From: Raja brachyura
Taxonomy: Eukaryota
Reading direction: 5' to 3'
NCBI GenBank assembly: GCA_963514005.1
Contig: CAUPSL010001515.1
Coordinates: 1 to 36,521, forward strand
Length of the DNA: 36,521 bases
Shown here: in pieces, positions 23,410 to 36,099 of the stretch
How the letters are laid out: every line of letters begins with the position of its first letter
How positions within the stretch are numbered: the stretch's first letter is position 1
Program-made: the position numbers and the translations under genes
The notes under the pieces: generated by a model
The model's database searches: none
Seen by the model: the letters and a program-made list of their open reading frames with translations, nothing else
Told to the model about the DNA's origin: nothing

Positions 23410-24650
23410 TTTGATTGATTATTTTGAAGTCAGCAAAAAGGTTGGTGAGGGCAGAGATGTAGATGTTGTGTACATGGACTTTATTAGCTCATTCGACAAG
23501 GTGCCGCATGGTAGACTAATCTGAAAGGTTCGATCTCATGCGATCTAAGGTGAGATAGCATAGTGGATAGCAAATTGGTTTCATTTAAGGAAGCAGAGGG
23601 TCTTGGTTGAACGTTGCTTCCCAGAATGGAAGCTCGTGACTTGTGGTGTTCCACAGGGTTCGATTCTGCCCCCTTCCTATTTGTCATCTACATCAATGAT
23701 TTGGATGGGAACAACAGGGCAACCTCAGCTAGTTTGGTGATGATACTAAAGTTAGTGGTTTTGCAGTTAGTGAAGAAAGTTGTGAATGATTGAAGCATGA
23801 TCTGGATCGATTGCCCACGTCGACGTAGGAATGGTTGATATAATTTAATACAGAGAAGTGTGAGGTGTTGCATTTTGGGGCGTCGAACACGGGCAGGACC
23901 TACACAGTAAATAGTAGGCCTCTGAGTAGTGTTGTAAAGCAGAGGGGTCTGGGTATAAAAGCGCATGGTTCGTTGAAGGGTGACTCGTAGGTAGAGAAGG
24001 TGGTCAAAATGACTTTTGGCACTTTGGGCTTCATCAGCCAGAGTATTGAGTATAGAAGCTCGGAGGTCATGTTTCAGTTGTACAAAAATGGTAAGACCGC
24101 ATTTAGAATATTGTGTGAAGTTCTGTGCACCATGTTACAACATATATAACGTCAAGCTTGAAAGGTTTCAGCAAATATGTACGAGGACGTTGCCAGGACT
24201 AGAGGGTGTGAACTGTAGAGGGTGCTTAGTTAGGCTGGCTCTCTATTCCATGGAGCGCAGGAGGAATAGGGGAAATCTTACAGAGGTATATAAAGTCATG
24301 AGAGTAATCGATCGGGTAGATGTACAGAGTCATTTACACAGAGTAGGGGAGTCGAAGACCAGAGGACATAGATTCAAGGTCAAGGGGAAAGGATTTAACA
24401 GGAATTCGAATGGTAATTTTTTCGCACAGAGGATGGTGGGTGTATAGAACAAGCCACAAGAGGAGGTTGTTGAAGCTGGGACTATCCCATCGTTCACGAA
24501 ACAATTGGACAGGTACATGGATAGGACAGGTATGGAGGGTTATGGACCAAGGGCAGGCAAGTGGGACTAGGGTAGCTGGGACATTGTTGGCCGGTGTGTG
24601 CGAGTTTGGTCGAACGGGCCTGTTTCCGCACTGTATTACTCTATGAGTCT
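23410..24650 (+). mobile_element. Degenerate CR1 RT/3' portion
   Basis: VRPHLEYC...ESKTRGHRFKVKG in ORF 24016-24447; (ctatgact)-like tail at about 24640. Confidence 0.8.
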
Positions 24651-24654
24651 ACAA

Positions 24655-25060
24655 TATTTCCAATTTCATAATTTATCCTTTCATGGCTCCGTTATTTTAA
24701 TGTTTTTGTGGCTTTATCATTTCATGTTTCCATGATATATCTGATATCAGAATTAATCAACTTAGCGATATCTTTGCTTTCAAGATTGTATAACTTTATT
24801 GTTCCTTGATATCCCATATTTCAAGATTGCATAATTGTATGACACCATGTTTCCAATTTCAACATTATATGACCATGATTGCGATGATTTTGTGACATTA
24901 TGACTGTGATTCCATGATATTCATGATTTCCAGAATTGAATAATTTAGTAGTTCTAAAATACAACTAATTTCAGTTTTGTATAACTTTATAATTCCATGA
25001 TATCTCTGATTTCAGGCCTGTATAACCACGATCCTGTGATTTCAAGATTATACGAACCTA
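24655..25060. repeat. AT-rich imperfect minisatellite
   Basis: Recurrent tttcaagattgtataa and ttccatgatat motifs with roughly 40-bp spacing. Confidence 0.55.
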
Positions 25061-25288
25061 CCTTTCCTTGGATTTGAAATCAGTTTTGAATATTAATTCG
25101 CTTTGCTGCGTTAGTTCGGTGCGCTTGCTCATGACCTGTTACCTGTTTCACTCGGAAATCAATTTTCTTGTGATCCGGGGAGTTAGGTTTCCGACGATGG
25201 ACATCAAACTAAAATCTTTGCAGAGACCTCTGTATTCACCATTGATCTAGCAATCTGCATTTTTTATGTACATGGTCATATCTTAAGC

Positions 25289-25315
25289 AATAAAGAGAGC
25301 GTTACTGCAAATAAA
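25289..25315 (+). terminator. Tandem AATAAA polyadenylation signals, possible TRBC 3' end
   Basis: AATAAA at 25289-25294 and 25310-25315 in a non-repeat island downstream of exon 4, followed by T-rich sequence. No transcript evidence. Confidence 0.35.
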
Positions 25316-26184
25316 TCTCTCGTTTCTCATTTACTTATGTCATAGTTGCATAAAACGGAAATAGTCAGAATTCAAGGGGCCTGAGCTACAGAAACTTCAT
25401 AAATTATATGAGCAGTATTAGTCAAGTCTTGAATCATGGCTGATCTACATTTCCCTCGCAGCTGCATTGTCACGCCTTTACCCCATAACACCTGAAGCCT
25501 GTACTAATAAATATTTTTTGCAAACGCATACCTTTATCCATTGACCTGGCGTCGACAGCTGTCTGTGGCTAAGAATTCCACAGATTCACCACCATCTGGC
25601 TAAAGAATTTCCTCCACATCTACATTCTAAAGGAATACTATTTTATTCTGAGTCTGTAGCGTCTGGTCCTAGACTCTCCCACGAATCATAAAAACATATC
25701 CACATCCACTCTATCCAGAACATACTATTTGGTACGTTTCTATGTGGCCCCGCACTCATCCTTCTAAACTGCAACCGGTACAGGCCCAGTATCATCAAAT
25801 GCTAATGAATTAATCCAATCATCCTTGGATCATTCTTGTAAACCTCTGCTGGACACTCTCCAATCTGCGTGAAGGAGAGGTTCAGCAGGTTAGGCATGTA
25901 TACCTTGGAACACTGTAGATGTTGTACATATGGTTTCCAGCAACGCATTTGACAAGGTTCCGCATGGTAGGCTGCCCTGGATGGTTAGATGGCATGGGAT
26001 CCAGTGAGAGAGAGCTGAATGGATAGAAAAATTGAGTTCACAGAAGGAAGCAGAAGGTGATGTTGAAATGTAGTTTTTCGGACAGCAGGCCTGTGACTAG
26101 TGGCGTGCTCAGTGTTCGTTGCTGGGTCAATTGCTGTTTGTCATCATATCAATGATTTGGATGAGAACATACAAAGCATGATTA

Positions 26185-28850
26185 AGGTCATAAAGTAAGG
26201 AATAGGAACAGAATTAGGCAATTCAGCCCATCAAGTCTACTCAATCATTGCTGATATATCTATCCCTCGTCACCCCATTCTCCTGCCTTGTCCCCATAAC
26301 CTCTGACATCTGCACTAATCAAGAATCGATCTATCTGTGCCTTAAAGGTATCCACCTAGATGGCTTCTACAGCCTTCTGTGGCAGAGAATTCCACAGATT
26401 CACAACCCTCTAACTAAATAAATGTCAACCATCTCCTTCCTACAATAACGTACTTTAATTCTGAGGCTACAACATCTAGTTCTACACTCTCCCGCCAATG
26501 AAAACATCCTCTCCAATTCCACTATATGCAACATTTTCACCATTCTTTATGTTTCAATGTGGTCCCCCCTCATTGTTCTAAATTCCAGCGAGTACAGGCA
26601 CAGTGCCGACAAACGCCCATCATAAGTTAACCTACTTATTCCTGGGATCATTCTTGTAAACGGCCTCTGGGCCCCCTCCTGAACCAGCACATCCTTCCTC
26701 GGATCTGGTGCCCAGAATTACTCACAATATTCCAAATGCGGCCTTATTAGCGCTTTATAGAGTCTTGACATTTCATTCCTGTTGTTTTTTTCTAGCCCTC
26801 TTGAAATACCTGCTAGTATTTAGTCTGCTTGCTTTACTCCCGATTATACTTGCCTATTAACATTTTGGAAATCCTGCTCCTGCACTGCCAAGTCAATTTG
26901 CTCCTCCGATTTCTGGATTCTCACCCCATTTAGAAAATAGTCTACGCCTTTATTCCTATTACCAAAATGCATTACTGTACATTTTGCAGCACTATGTTCC
27001 ATCTGCCACTTGTCTGCCACTCTCCCAACCTATCAATGTCCTTCTGCAGAGTCCCTGTTTTCTCTACACTACCTGCAGCTCCACCTGTTTTCGTATCAAC
27101 CGCAAATTAATCAACAAAGACTTCAATCCACTCGTCCAAATCATTAGTATAGAATGCGAAGAGTAGCGCCCCCAGCACCGACCATTGCGGAACTCCACCA
27201 GTCACTGGTAGTCAACCAGAAAAATACCCCATTCTTGCCACCTCTTTGTCTTCTGCCATCCAGCGAAAATGATATTCATGTATACGCCCTTTGATACCGT
27301 GGGCTCTCATCTTCCTAAGCAGCATAACGTGTGGCACCGTATCAAGGGCTTAATATAAGTAAATGACATCTCCTTTGTCTGTACTGCCATTTACTTCTTC
27401 AAATAATTCCAGCCAATCTGTCAAGGAAGACCCCTTTACAAAGCCATGCTGACCTCGGCCTATTTTATCGTGAACATATCAGTTACCTGAAACATCCTTT
27501 TTAATGATCTTTAAAATCTTACCCAACCACTGAAGTCAGACTAACCGGCCTCTAGTTCCCACTATTATGCCTTGCTAGCTTTTTTTGTGCAGCGGGATAA
27601 TATTGGCAATTTTCTAATCATCTGGAACAACTTCTGACTATTGATTCATATAATAGCATTATCAATGGCTCCACAAACACTAAAGTCACCTCTTTCTGAA
27701 CCATATAGTGCAGTCCTTACGGTCCAGGTGACATCCAACTTCAGCCCTTTTAGTTTCCCAAGCATCTTCTCCCTGGTATTAACCACTCCACTAACTTCTA
27801 CCCCCTGACTCTTGAACCTCAGGCACGTTGCTGGTGTCTTCCTCTGTGCAGACGGATGAAAAAAGTTATCCAACTCCTCTGCCATTTCCTTATTCCCCAT
27901 TATCACTTCTCTCGCATCATTCTCCAGCAGTTTAATGTACATTCTTCTCTATTTCTTACACTTTGTGTAAATTAAGTGAGTCTTGCTATTATTTTTTGTA
28001 TTATTTTATCTTTTCTCCCTGTAATGTATATTTCTGTTACCATCTGACGCTCACCAATCCTCTGGCTTCCAACTAACCTTTGCACTGTTATACACCCTGT
28101 ATTTTACGTGTATACTGTCCTTGACTTCCCTTGTCAGCCACGGACGCGGCTGTCTCCTCCACGAACCTTTCTTCCGCTTTGGAATGAAATGATCCTGCAT
28201 ATCCCGGATTATTGCCTAAAATTCCTGTCAATTGGTGGTCTACCGTCCACCATTCTAGTCAACATTGGCCAGCTTCTCCCTCATGTCTCTGTTATCCCCG
28301 TTGTCAAGCTGCAATGCTGACACATCCAATTTCACCTTCTCCCTCTCAAATTGCATATTAAAACTTATCAAGTTGTGATCGCTACCTCCTAATGGTTCAT
28401 TTAACTTGATTTCCCTGATCAAATCCAGTTCATTACATAATCCTAAATGCAAAATGACCATTTCCTTGGTAGGCTCCTTCACAAGCTGCTTTAATAGTCC
28501 ATCTCGTAGGCTCTGTACATATTCCCTTTCTTGTAAACTAATACCAGCCTAATTTTCCCATTTATCTGCATATTGAAATCTCCCATGACCACCGGAGCAT
28601 TCCCCTATTTTCATGCCAATTTTATCTCCCGATGTACCCTATATCCTGGCTATTGTTTTGGGAGCTGTAAATAACTCCCATTAGGGCCTTCTTAGCCATA
28701 ATTTTTCAGCTCTATCCACAATAATTCTACATCATCTGATCCTATTTCACCCTCACCGCCACCCCCTATGCCCACCTTCCTGTCATTCCGATATGACGTA
28801 TAACCCTGAATATTAAGCTTGCAGTCCTCCGGTCCTCTTGCAGCCACATC
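26185..28850 (-). mobile_element. Long, heavily degenerate CR1 (endonuclease to 3' end)
   Basis: MGDFN-coding sequence at about 28572-28586; PLGGSDHN in ORF 28255-28482; RT and 3' UTR similarity toward 26185. Confidence 0.75.
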
Positions 28851-28869
28851 TTTTGGAATTGTTTCAAGC

Positions 28870-30163
28870 TGTAACTAGGAAAATGGACAAGGGAGAGCCA
28901 GTGGATGTAGTGTACCTGGACATTCAGAAAGCATTTGCTAAGGTCCAACATAGGAGATTAGCGGGAAAAATTGGGTCACATGGCATTGGGATAGAGTGCT
29001 GATATGGTTAGATAAATGGTTGGCAGACAGGAAACAAAGAGTCGGGATTGTTAAAGAAGGAACTGCAGATGCTGGAGAATCGAGGGTACACAAAGGGTAC
29101 CCAAAGAGTCGGGATTAACGGGTCCCTTTCCGAATGGCAGGCAGTGACTAGTGAGGTACCGCAAGGCTCGGTGCTGGGCCCACAACTATTTACAATATAC
29201 ATCAATGATTTGGGATTCAAAGTAACATTAGCAAATTTGCAGATGACACAAAACAGGGTGGCAGTGTGTACTGTGAGGAGGATGCTATGAAAATGCAGGG
29301 TGACTTGTTGGGGCAGTGGGCAGATGCATGGCAGCTGAAGTTTAATGCGGATAAATGTGAGGTTATCCACTTTGGTAATTAAAACAGGAAGGCAGATTAC
29401 TATCTAAATGGCGTCGTTCGGAAAAGGGGAAGTACAACTGGATCTGGGAGTCCTTGTGTATCAATCTATGAAAGCAAGCATGCAGGTACAGCAGGCAGTG
29501 AAGAAAGCGAATGGCATGTTGGCCATTATAACAAGATGAATCGAATATAGAAGCAAATAGATATTTCTGCAGTTGTACAGAGCCCTAGTGAGACCACACC
29601 TGGAATATTGTGTGCAGCTTTGGTCCCCTAATTTGAGGCAGGACATTCTTGCTATTGAGGGAGTGCAGCGTAGGTTTACAAGGTTAATTCCCAGGGTGGC
29701 TGGAAAGCCAATGCTGAGAGAATGGGGCAGCTGGGCGTGTACACTCTGGAGTTTAGAAGGATGAAAGGGGATCTCATTGAAACATATAAGATTGTTAAGG
29801 GCTTGGACACGCTAGAGGAAGGAAACATGTTCCCGATGTTGGGGGAGTCCAGAACCAGGCACCACAGTTTAAGAATAAGAAATAAGCCATTGAGAGCGGA
29901 GACGAGGAAACACGTTTTCTCAAAGAGAGTGGAGAGACTGTGGAATTCTCTGCCTCAGTGGAGGCGGTGGAGGCAGGTAATCTGGATGCTTTCAAGAGAG
30001 AGTTGGATATGGCTCTTAAACATAGCGGAGTCAGGGGATATGGGGAGAAGGCAGGAACGGGTTACTGATTTGGGGATGATCAGCTAAGATCACATTAAAT
30101 GGTGGTGCTGCTTCGAAGGACCGAATGGCCTACACCTGCACCCATTGTCTAGTGTCTATTGTC
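28870..30163 (+). mobile_element. CR1 RT/3' portion, subfamily with a (ttgtcta)n tail
   Basis: [19 protein letters not shown] and YRALVRPHLEYCVQ in ORFs 29048-30087; tail at 30145-30163. Confidence 0.85.
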
Positions 30164-30224
30164 GCTGTAATTCCCACAACATCATGCCTACCAATCTCTA
30201 ACTGTGCTACAAGCTCATCCACTG

Positions 30225-30555
30225 TGTTTCTTTTCCCATTGAGGGTAGGGAATATTCAAACAAGAGGGCATGACATGAGAATTAAGGGACAGACGTTTAG
30301 GGGTAACATGAGGGGGAACTTCTTTACTCAGAGAGTGGTGGCTGTGTGGAATGATCTTCCAGCAGAAGTGGTGGAGGCAGGATCGATTTTAACATTTAAA
30401 AGTAAAGTGGATAGGTATATGGACGGGAAGGGAATGGAGGGGTATGGTCTGAGTGCAGGTAGATGGGACTAGGGAAAAATAAATGGTCGGTACGGACTGG
30501 AAGGGCCGAGAAGGCCTGTTTCCGTGCTGTAATTGTTATATGGTTATATGGTTAT
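30225..30555 (+). mobile_element. CR1 3' fragment, subfamily with a (gttatatg)n tail
   Basis: TRGHDMRIKG...NFFTQRVVAVWN in ORF 30125-30472; tail at 30534-30556. Confidence 0.8.
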
Positions 30556-30589
30556 AGTACGCCCATTCAAATACACTTTAATTCAATAG

Positions 30590-31134
30590 TGACCTGTGAC
30601 ACCATTTTCAGGGAATTATGCACCTGCACTGTTAGATCCCACTGCTCCACACCACTCCCTGTCTACATGAGACGCCACTTTCAGGGAACTATGTACCTGC
30701 ATTCCTATATCTCTCCGCGCTACAACAATCCCTGTCTTCCTGTGACGCCAACTTCAGAAACAATATACCTGCACTCCTAGATCACTCAGCTCTAAAGCAC
30801 TTACCATCTACCTTTGACGGTACTTTCAATGAACTACTGTATGGACCTGCAGTTCTAGATCCCTCTGCTCCGCAACACTCCATGATTACGTGTGACTCCG
30901 CATTCTGGGAACTATGCACTGCACCTCTAGATACCTCTGCTCGAGAACACTCCATCTACACCGAGTACACCACTTTCAGGGAACTATGCACCTGCACCCC
31001 AATATCGCTCTGCACTGCAATACCTCCCGTCTACATGTGACGCCCATTTCAGTGAACTATTTACATTCACTCCAAGATCCCACTGCACTTCAACACTCCC
31101 TGCCTAAATGTGATACTACGTTCAGGGAACTATG
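30590..31134. repeat. About 7.5 diverged tandem copies of a ~73-bp unit derived from CR1 RT sequence
   Basis: The anchor tcagggaactatg and variants recur at about 30609, 30682, 30755, 30827, 30905, 30977, 31050 and 31123. Confidence 0.85.
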
Positions 31135-31139
31135 GAGGG

Positions 31140-31490
31140 TGGGGGTGGAGAGGAAAGTGGAAATAAATACACTTGTTTGTTTCTGAGTTGCACAGTTTGG
31201 CTTCCGTTGGCTTGCGGAAATACTGAGTCAAACGGAAAAAAAAGCCGTCAGAGATCGAACAAAGCAGGCGAGTCGAGAACAACAAGTAGCAGGTGCCTGG
31301 GAGGAGGCGGCAGTTCTTGCGGATGTGGTGTAAACACCAATTGTCTGTTCCACTACAACGTTGCCTGCGTAAAGTAGGTCACACCATCTCCGCCCGGTTT
31401 GTGGTCGAACTAGTTCTCGACATTTGAGTTTTAGTGTGTCATAGGGGGAAGGGATGTGGCTTGGTGCTCTGCTGAGTAGGCACCTGTTTC
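31140..31490. promoter_or_regulatory. Candidate TCR-beta 3' enhancer
   Basis: Non-repeat island about 9.3 kb 3' of the last coding exon. Motifs: CGGATGTGGT (31320-31329), GGATGTGGC (31452-31460), TGTGGT (31400-31405), E-boxes CAGGTG (31290) and CACCTG (31481), AP-1 TGAGTCA (31224-31230) and further GGAA cores. Confidence 0.5.
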
Positions 31491-32412
31491 TTTGTCGTTC
31501 TCTCACTCTCTCCCTCCCCTATCCCCCTCTCTCTCTCGCTCTATCTCTCTNNNNNNNNNNNNNNNNNNNNNNNNNNNNNNNNNNNNNNNNNNNNNNNNNN
31601 NNNNNNNNNNNNNNNNNNNNNNNNNNNNNNNNNNNNNNNNNNNNNNNNNNNNNNNNNNNNNNNNNNNNNNNNNNNNNNNNNNNNNNNNNNNNNNNNNNNN
31701 NNNNNNNNNNNNNNNNNNNNNNNNNNNNNNNNNNNNNNNNNNNNNNNNNNNNNNNNNNNNNNNNNNNNNNNNNNNNNNNNNNNNNNNNNNNNNNNNNNNN
31801 NNNNNNNNNNNNNNNNNNNNNNNNNNNNNNNNNNNNNNNNNNNNNNNNNNNNNGTTTCTTTATTTCTCCAGTTTCTCCTTTCTCTCTCCTCTCTCTCTCC
31901 TCTCCCCGCCACGTCGCTCCATCTTTCTCCCATGTGTCTCTCCTCTATCTCTTTCTCTCTCTCCCCCTTTCCCTCTGATGCAGTTGTACAATGGGGAGAG
32001 GAGAGAGGAGCAGATGGAGAGGGAGGAGATAGGGAGAGAGTGATAGAGTGGGGAGAGAAGAGACACGGAGAAGCGGGAGAGGGACGTATGGGCGAAAGAG
32101 AGGGATGGAGAGAGCGACAAACGAGAGAGATAAAGAAGAGAGACATGAGTGTGAGAGAAAGATAAAGAGAGAGGGAGGGGAGGAGACTGGACTGGACGGA
32201 GTGGGAAGTGGAGAGAGAGATGTAGAGAGAGGAGAGAGAAAAGAGGGAGAGAGATGGGAGAGAGATAGTAGAGAAAGAAATGGGATCAGGATTAGAGAAA
32301 GAGCGGACTGGAGAGAGAGATGGGAGAAAGATAGAAACATGGGAGGAGAGAAATAGGAAATAGAGAGGGGGAGAGATGTGGAGCAAGAGAGAGGTGGAGA
32401 AAGAGAGAGAGT
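31490..32412. repeat. CT then GA low-complexity tracts spanning a gap
   Basis: Base composition. Confidence 0.85.
31551..31853. other. Assembly gap (N)
   Basis: Run of N. Confidence 1.
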
Positions 32413-32534
32413 CTTAGAGTCATACAGAACGGAAACAGGCCCAAAGTGGCATCAAAGGTAGACAGGGAGTCTTGTAGAGTAACGAGATCTTGGGATGCAG
32501 GAAGATTGCTCCCTCAAATTTTAGTCACATGTAG

Positions 32535-33603
32535 CTAGCAAGCAAGTTTATTTACAAAGCATATGTCAGATACAAGGGAATTTAAAGTGCTTTAAACAAA
32601 GCAATAAAAAGAAAACTAAAGCAATTATAAACAGTCATTAAAAACAATAGAAAATAAAAACAAGCAAAAATAGAATGACAAGTATAAGATACTGGAATAA
32701 AAATTACAGTGCATTGTTAGGAATGAATAATTATTAAATTAAATTAAATTAAAAGTAATTAACAGTAGCGTCAAACAGAAGTCTTCAGCCCCGATTAAAA
32801 TGAACTGAGAGTTGGTGCGGACCTGCATTTTTCTGGAAATCTGTTCCATATATGTGGTGCATATAAAGTAAACGCTGCTTCTCCATGTTTAGGTCTGGCT
32901 ATGGGGACAGAAAGCACACCTGTCCTAGACGACCTCGGAGTATGGATAGTTCATAATACAGCAGAAGATCAGAAATGTATTTTGACCCTAGACCATTCTG
33001 TGCTTTATAAACCAACAGTAATATTTTGAAATCAATACTGTGACAGACTGGAAGCCAGTGTGAAGACCTCAAAACTGGAGTGTTGTGATCCACTTTCTTG
33101 GTCTTAGAGAGCATTCGAGCAGCAGCGTTCAGAATCAGCTGCAGCTGTCTAATCGATATTTTAGGGAGACTTTAATTGCAATGGTCAAGTCTACTGAAGA
33201 TAAATGCATGGACACTATTTTCCTATATCCTGCTGGATCATAAGTCATTTAACCCTTGGTATATGCTTAAGGTGTTAATTCGATAACAATGATTGTCTTA
33301 AAGTTGCTGTTGAAATTCAGGTCGGAGTCCTTGATTACACCAAGAGTTCTTGCTTTGTCCGTGGGTTTTAATTTTTGCCGATTGAAGCTGAGCACTGGCT
33401 TTTAATCGTTCCTATTTGGCTCCAAAAACAACTACCTCAATGTTGTCTTCGTTTAATTGAACAAAGTTGTGGCATGTCCAATCGTTAATTTGTTCGATGC
33501 ACTTACTTAGTATTCGGTTTGGACCATAGTCCCATGCTGATATGTTTTGGAAATCTGTGTGCCGTCTGCATAATTATGGTAAATTATTTTGTTTGTTTTC
33601 CAT
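32535..33603 (-). mobile_element. L2-clade LINE 3' portion
   Basis: ORF 32899-33114 has DHNTPVLRSSHWLPV...IDFKILLLVYKA; HNYADGTQI (YADD-derived) at about 33552-33578; L2-type 3' end (aaagcacttt...aaataaa on the minus strand) at about 32545-32595. Confidence 0.8.
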
Positions 33604-33609
33604 GTCTAT

Positions 33610-33820
33610 GAAAACTGCAATTGCTGTAAAAATCGAAGGTAGACAATAATGCTGGAAAACTCAGCGGGTGAGGCAGCATCTATGGAGCGAAGGAAAAATA
33701 AAGGATGCGACGGATATAGTGGGCAGTAGAAGAGCTGGCAAGGGGAGGGGAAGGAGTGGGTAAGCAAAGACTATCTGAAATTGGAGAAGTCAGTGGTCAC
33801 ACCGCTGGGGTGTAAATCAC
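33610..33820 (-). mobile_element. Penelope-like element 3' fragment
   Basis: Minus strand 33815-33771 reads LHPSGVTTDFSNFR*, resembling the P.G.N C-terminus of PLE GIY-YIG domains; adjacent to the same terminal-repeat family. Confidence 0.6.
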
Positions 33821-34934
33821 CGCCTCTTCCTTTCGTCTGTGTTGTGATCGAAAACCTGACCTGGTTAGTGATAAGTTGTTTAGACAAAAAGTTGTTCAGC
33901 TGTTGAAAACAGCCTTTTCTATTATTCTACTTAAAAATGCTGGGTTTGATATGGGCCTGTAATTGTACATTAGTGACATGTCTTGATTGTTCTTTGTTAA
34001 GTGTGGCTTGATGACTGCAGTTTTCAAGACCTTTGGGACGACACCTGAGAGAAGAGACGTGTTTACGATGTGTAGTAGATCTGAAGGTGGTCAAGAAAGC
34101 TTTCAACATATTGGCCTTCACCAGTCAGGGTATTAAGTAATGAAATTAGGACATCACGTCACAGTTGTTCAAGACCACGAGAGGCCACGCTTAGAGCATT
34201 AGGTTCATTTTTGTCGCTCTGCTACCAGGAGGATGTTGTTAAGCTGGCTAGGGTGCAGAAAATATTTACGAGGTTGTTGTCATGACTCGTGGGCCGGAGC
34301 TACTGGGAGAGGTTGGGAAAGCTGAATGCATTTAGATGGATATGCAGGGATTGGAGGGATATGGATCACGTACTGGCAGAGGAGATTAGTTTAATTTACC
34401 ATCGAATAGTGGCGTAGATAGGGTAGACAGTCAGAAACTTTCTCACCCCCAGGCTTGAAATGTCAAAGACGTGAGGGCATCACTTACAAAGTAGAATTCT
34501 GCAAAACAGTGAAACTTCGAAGAATTAACAGCAAATTACGGAACATAGAAACATAGAAAATAGGTGCAGAAGTAGGCCAACCGGCCGTTCGAGCCAGCAC
34601 CGCCATTCAATATTATCATCGCTGACCATCCAAAATCAGTGCCTCGTTCCGGCTTGTCCCTATATCCCTTGATTCCCTTACCCCTACGAGCTAAATCTAA
34701 TATCCTACACAACACGTGAACAGGCCCTTCATATCTGTGCCGAAGACCAGGCCAAGTTAAACTAATCTCCTCTGCCTGCAAGTGATCCATATCCCTCCTT
34801 TTCTGCATATTCATCTCAAAGACTCTTAAAAACCACTGCCGCATCTGCTTCTACGACCATGCCTCTCTTAATATTAGAAACTTATTTGAGGTCTCCACTG
34901 AACACGTGACAATAATAAACGACATCCTAAACAC

Positions 34935-35220
34935 TTAGTTTAGAGACACAGCGAGGAAACAGACCCTTCGTCCCACCAAATCTGCACTGACCAGCGACCC
35001 TCATACGCCAACGCTATCCAACACACTAGGGACAATTTTACATTTATTCCAAGCCAATTAACCTGCAAACCTGTAAATTGTTGTGGTTTGGGAGGAAAGC
35101 AAAGATCGCGGAAAACCCACGTAGTCACGGGGATAACGTACAAACCCCGTATAGACAGCACACGTAGTCAGGATCGCACCTGAGTCCCTGGTGCTTCAAG
35201 GCAGCAACTCAGACGCTGCA
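34935..35220 (-). mobile_element. V-type SINE
   Basis: Same family as 11075-11350. Confidence 0.7.
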
Positions 35221-35469
35221 GTATCTCGTACCTAATACACCCTAATCCAGGCAGCATTATGGGAAACCCTTCTACACCCTCTCCAAAATCACCACATTAT
35301 TCCAGTAATGGGACAATCAGAACTGCACGCTATACTTCAAATGTGGCCTAACCATTATCCTAAGAAATTGCATTCTGACTCCCTGCTCTTACAATCAATG
35401 CCCTGAATGTTGAAGGCATGCATACGGTACGTTATCTTTACCATTTACTGTACCATTCTATAATTAGAC

Positions 35470-35725
35470 CAGCGCAATAGTCGCCGCACAACGTCAGGAC
35501 CCGGGTGTGATCCTGACTGTGGGCGTTGCCTGTACGTTGTCTCTCTGTGATCGCGTGGGTTTTCTCCGGGTCTGGTTTCCTCCCACAATCCAAAGACATG
35601 CAGGTGTCTACGTTCATTTATTTCTGTAAATTGTAAAATGTCCTTATTGTGTCGGATAGCTATCGTTGCTTGGCACAGACCCGGTGGGCCGATGGGTCGG
35701 TTCCCACACTATATCTCCAAAAGTC
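35470..35725 (+). mobile_element. V-type SINE
   Basis: gacccgggtgtgatcctgact...gtgggttttctccggg...ttcctcccaca core. Confidence 0.65.
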
Positions 35726-36099
35726 TAAATAAAAGTCTGCCATAGCTCTCTTTTTCCGTTTCTCCTTCTCTCTTCCTCACACTCTCCTCCCTCTATTCGT
35801 TCTCCCTCGTCCCCTCTCATTACTACCCCTCCCTTTTTCTGCCCCTCTATCCCCGTTTTCCCTCGCTCCTTACTCACCTCTCCTCTTCGCCACCCTCCCT
35901 TTCTTTCTTCCACCTCTCCCCTCCCTCTCCCTCTCTCTTTCTCTCTTCTAGACAGTTCGTAGTTTAGAGTTTAGTTCGTGTTAAGCAGTACTCGCAAGCC
36001 TGATAGTTGCTGGGACGAATCTGTTCCTTATCCTGGAGGTCACCGTTTTCAGACTTGTGCATTCTTCCGGACATTGAAAAGGAACTGCAGATGCCGGTG

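Noticed and set aside
30590-31134. CRISPR-like array
   Set aside because: Contiguous diverged tandem units with no unique spacers, in a vertebrate context, and derived from a LINE.
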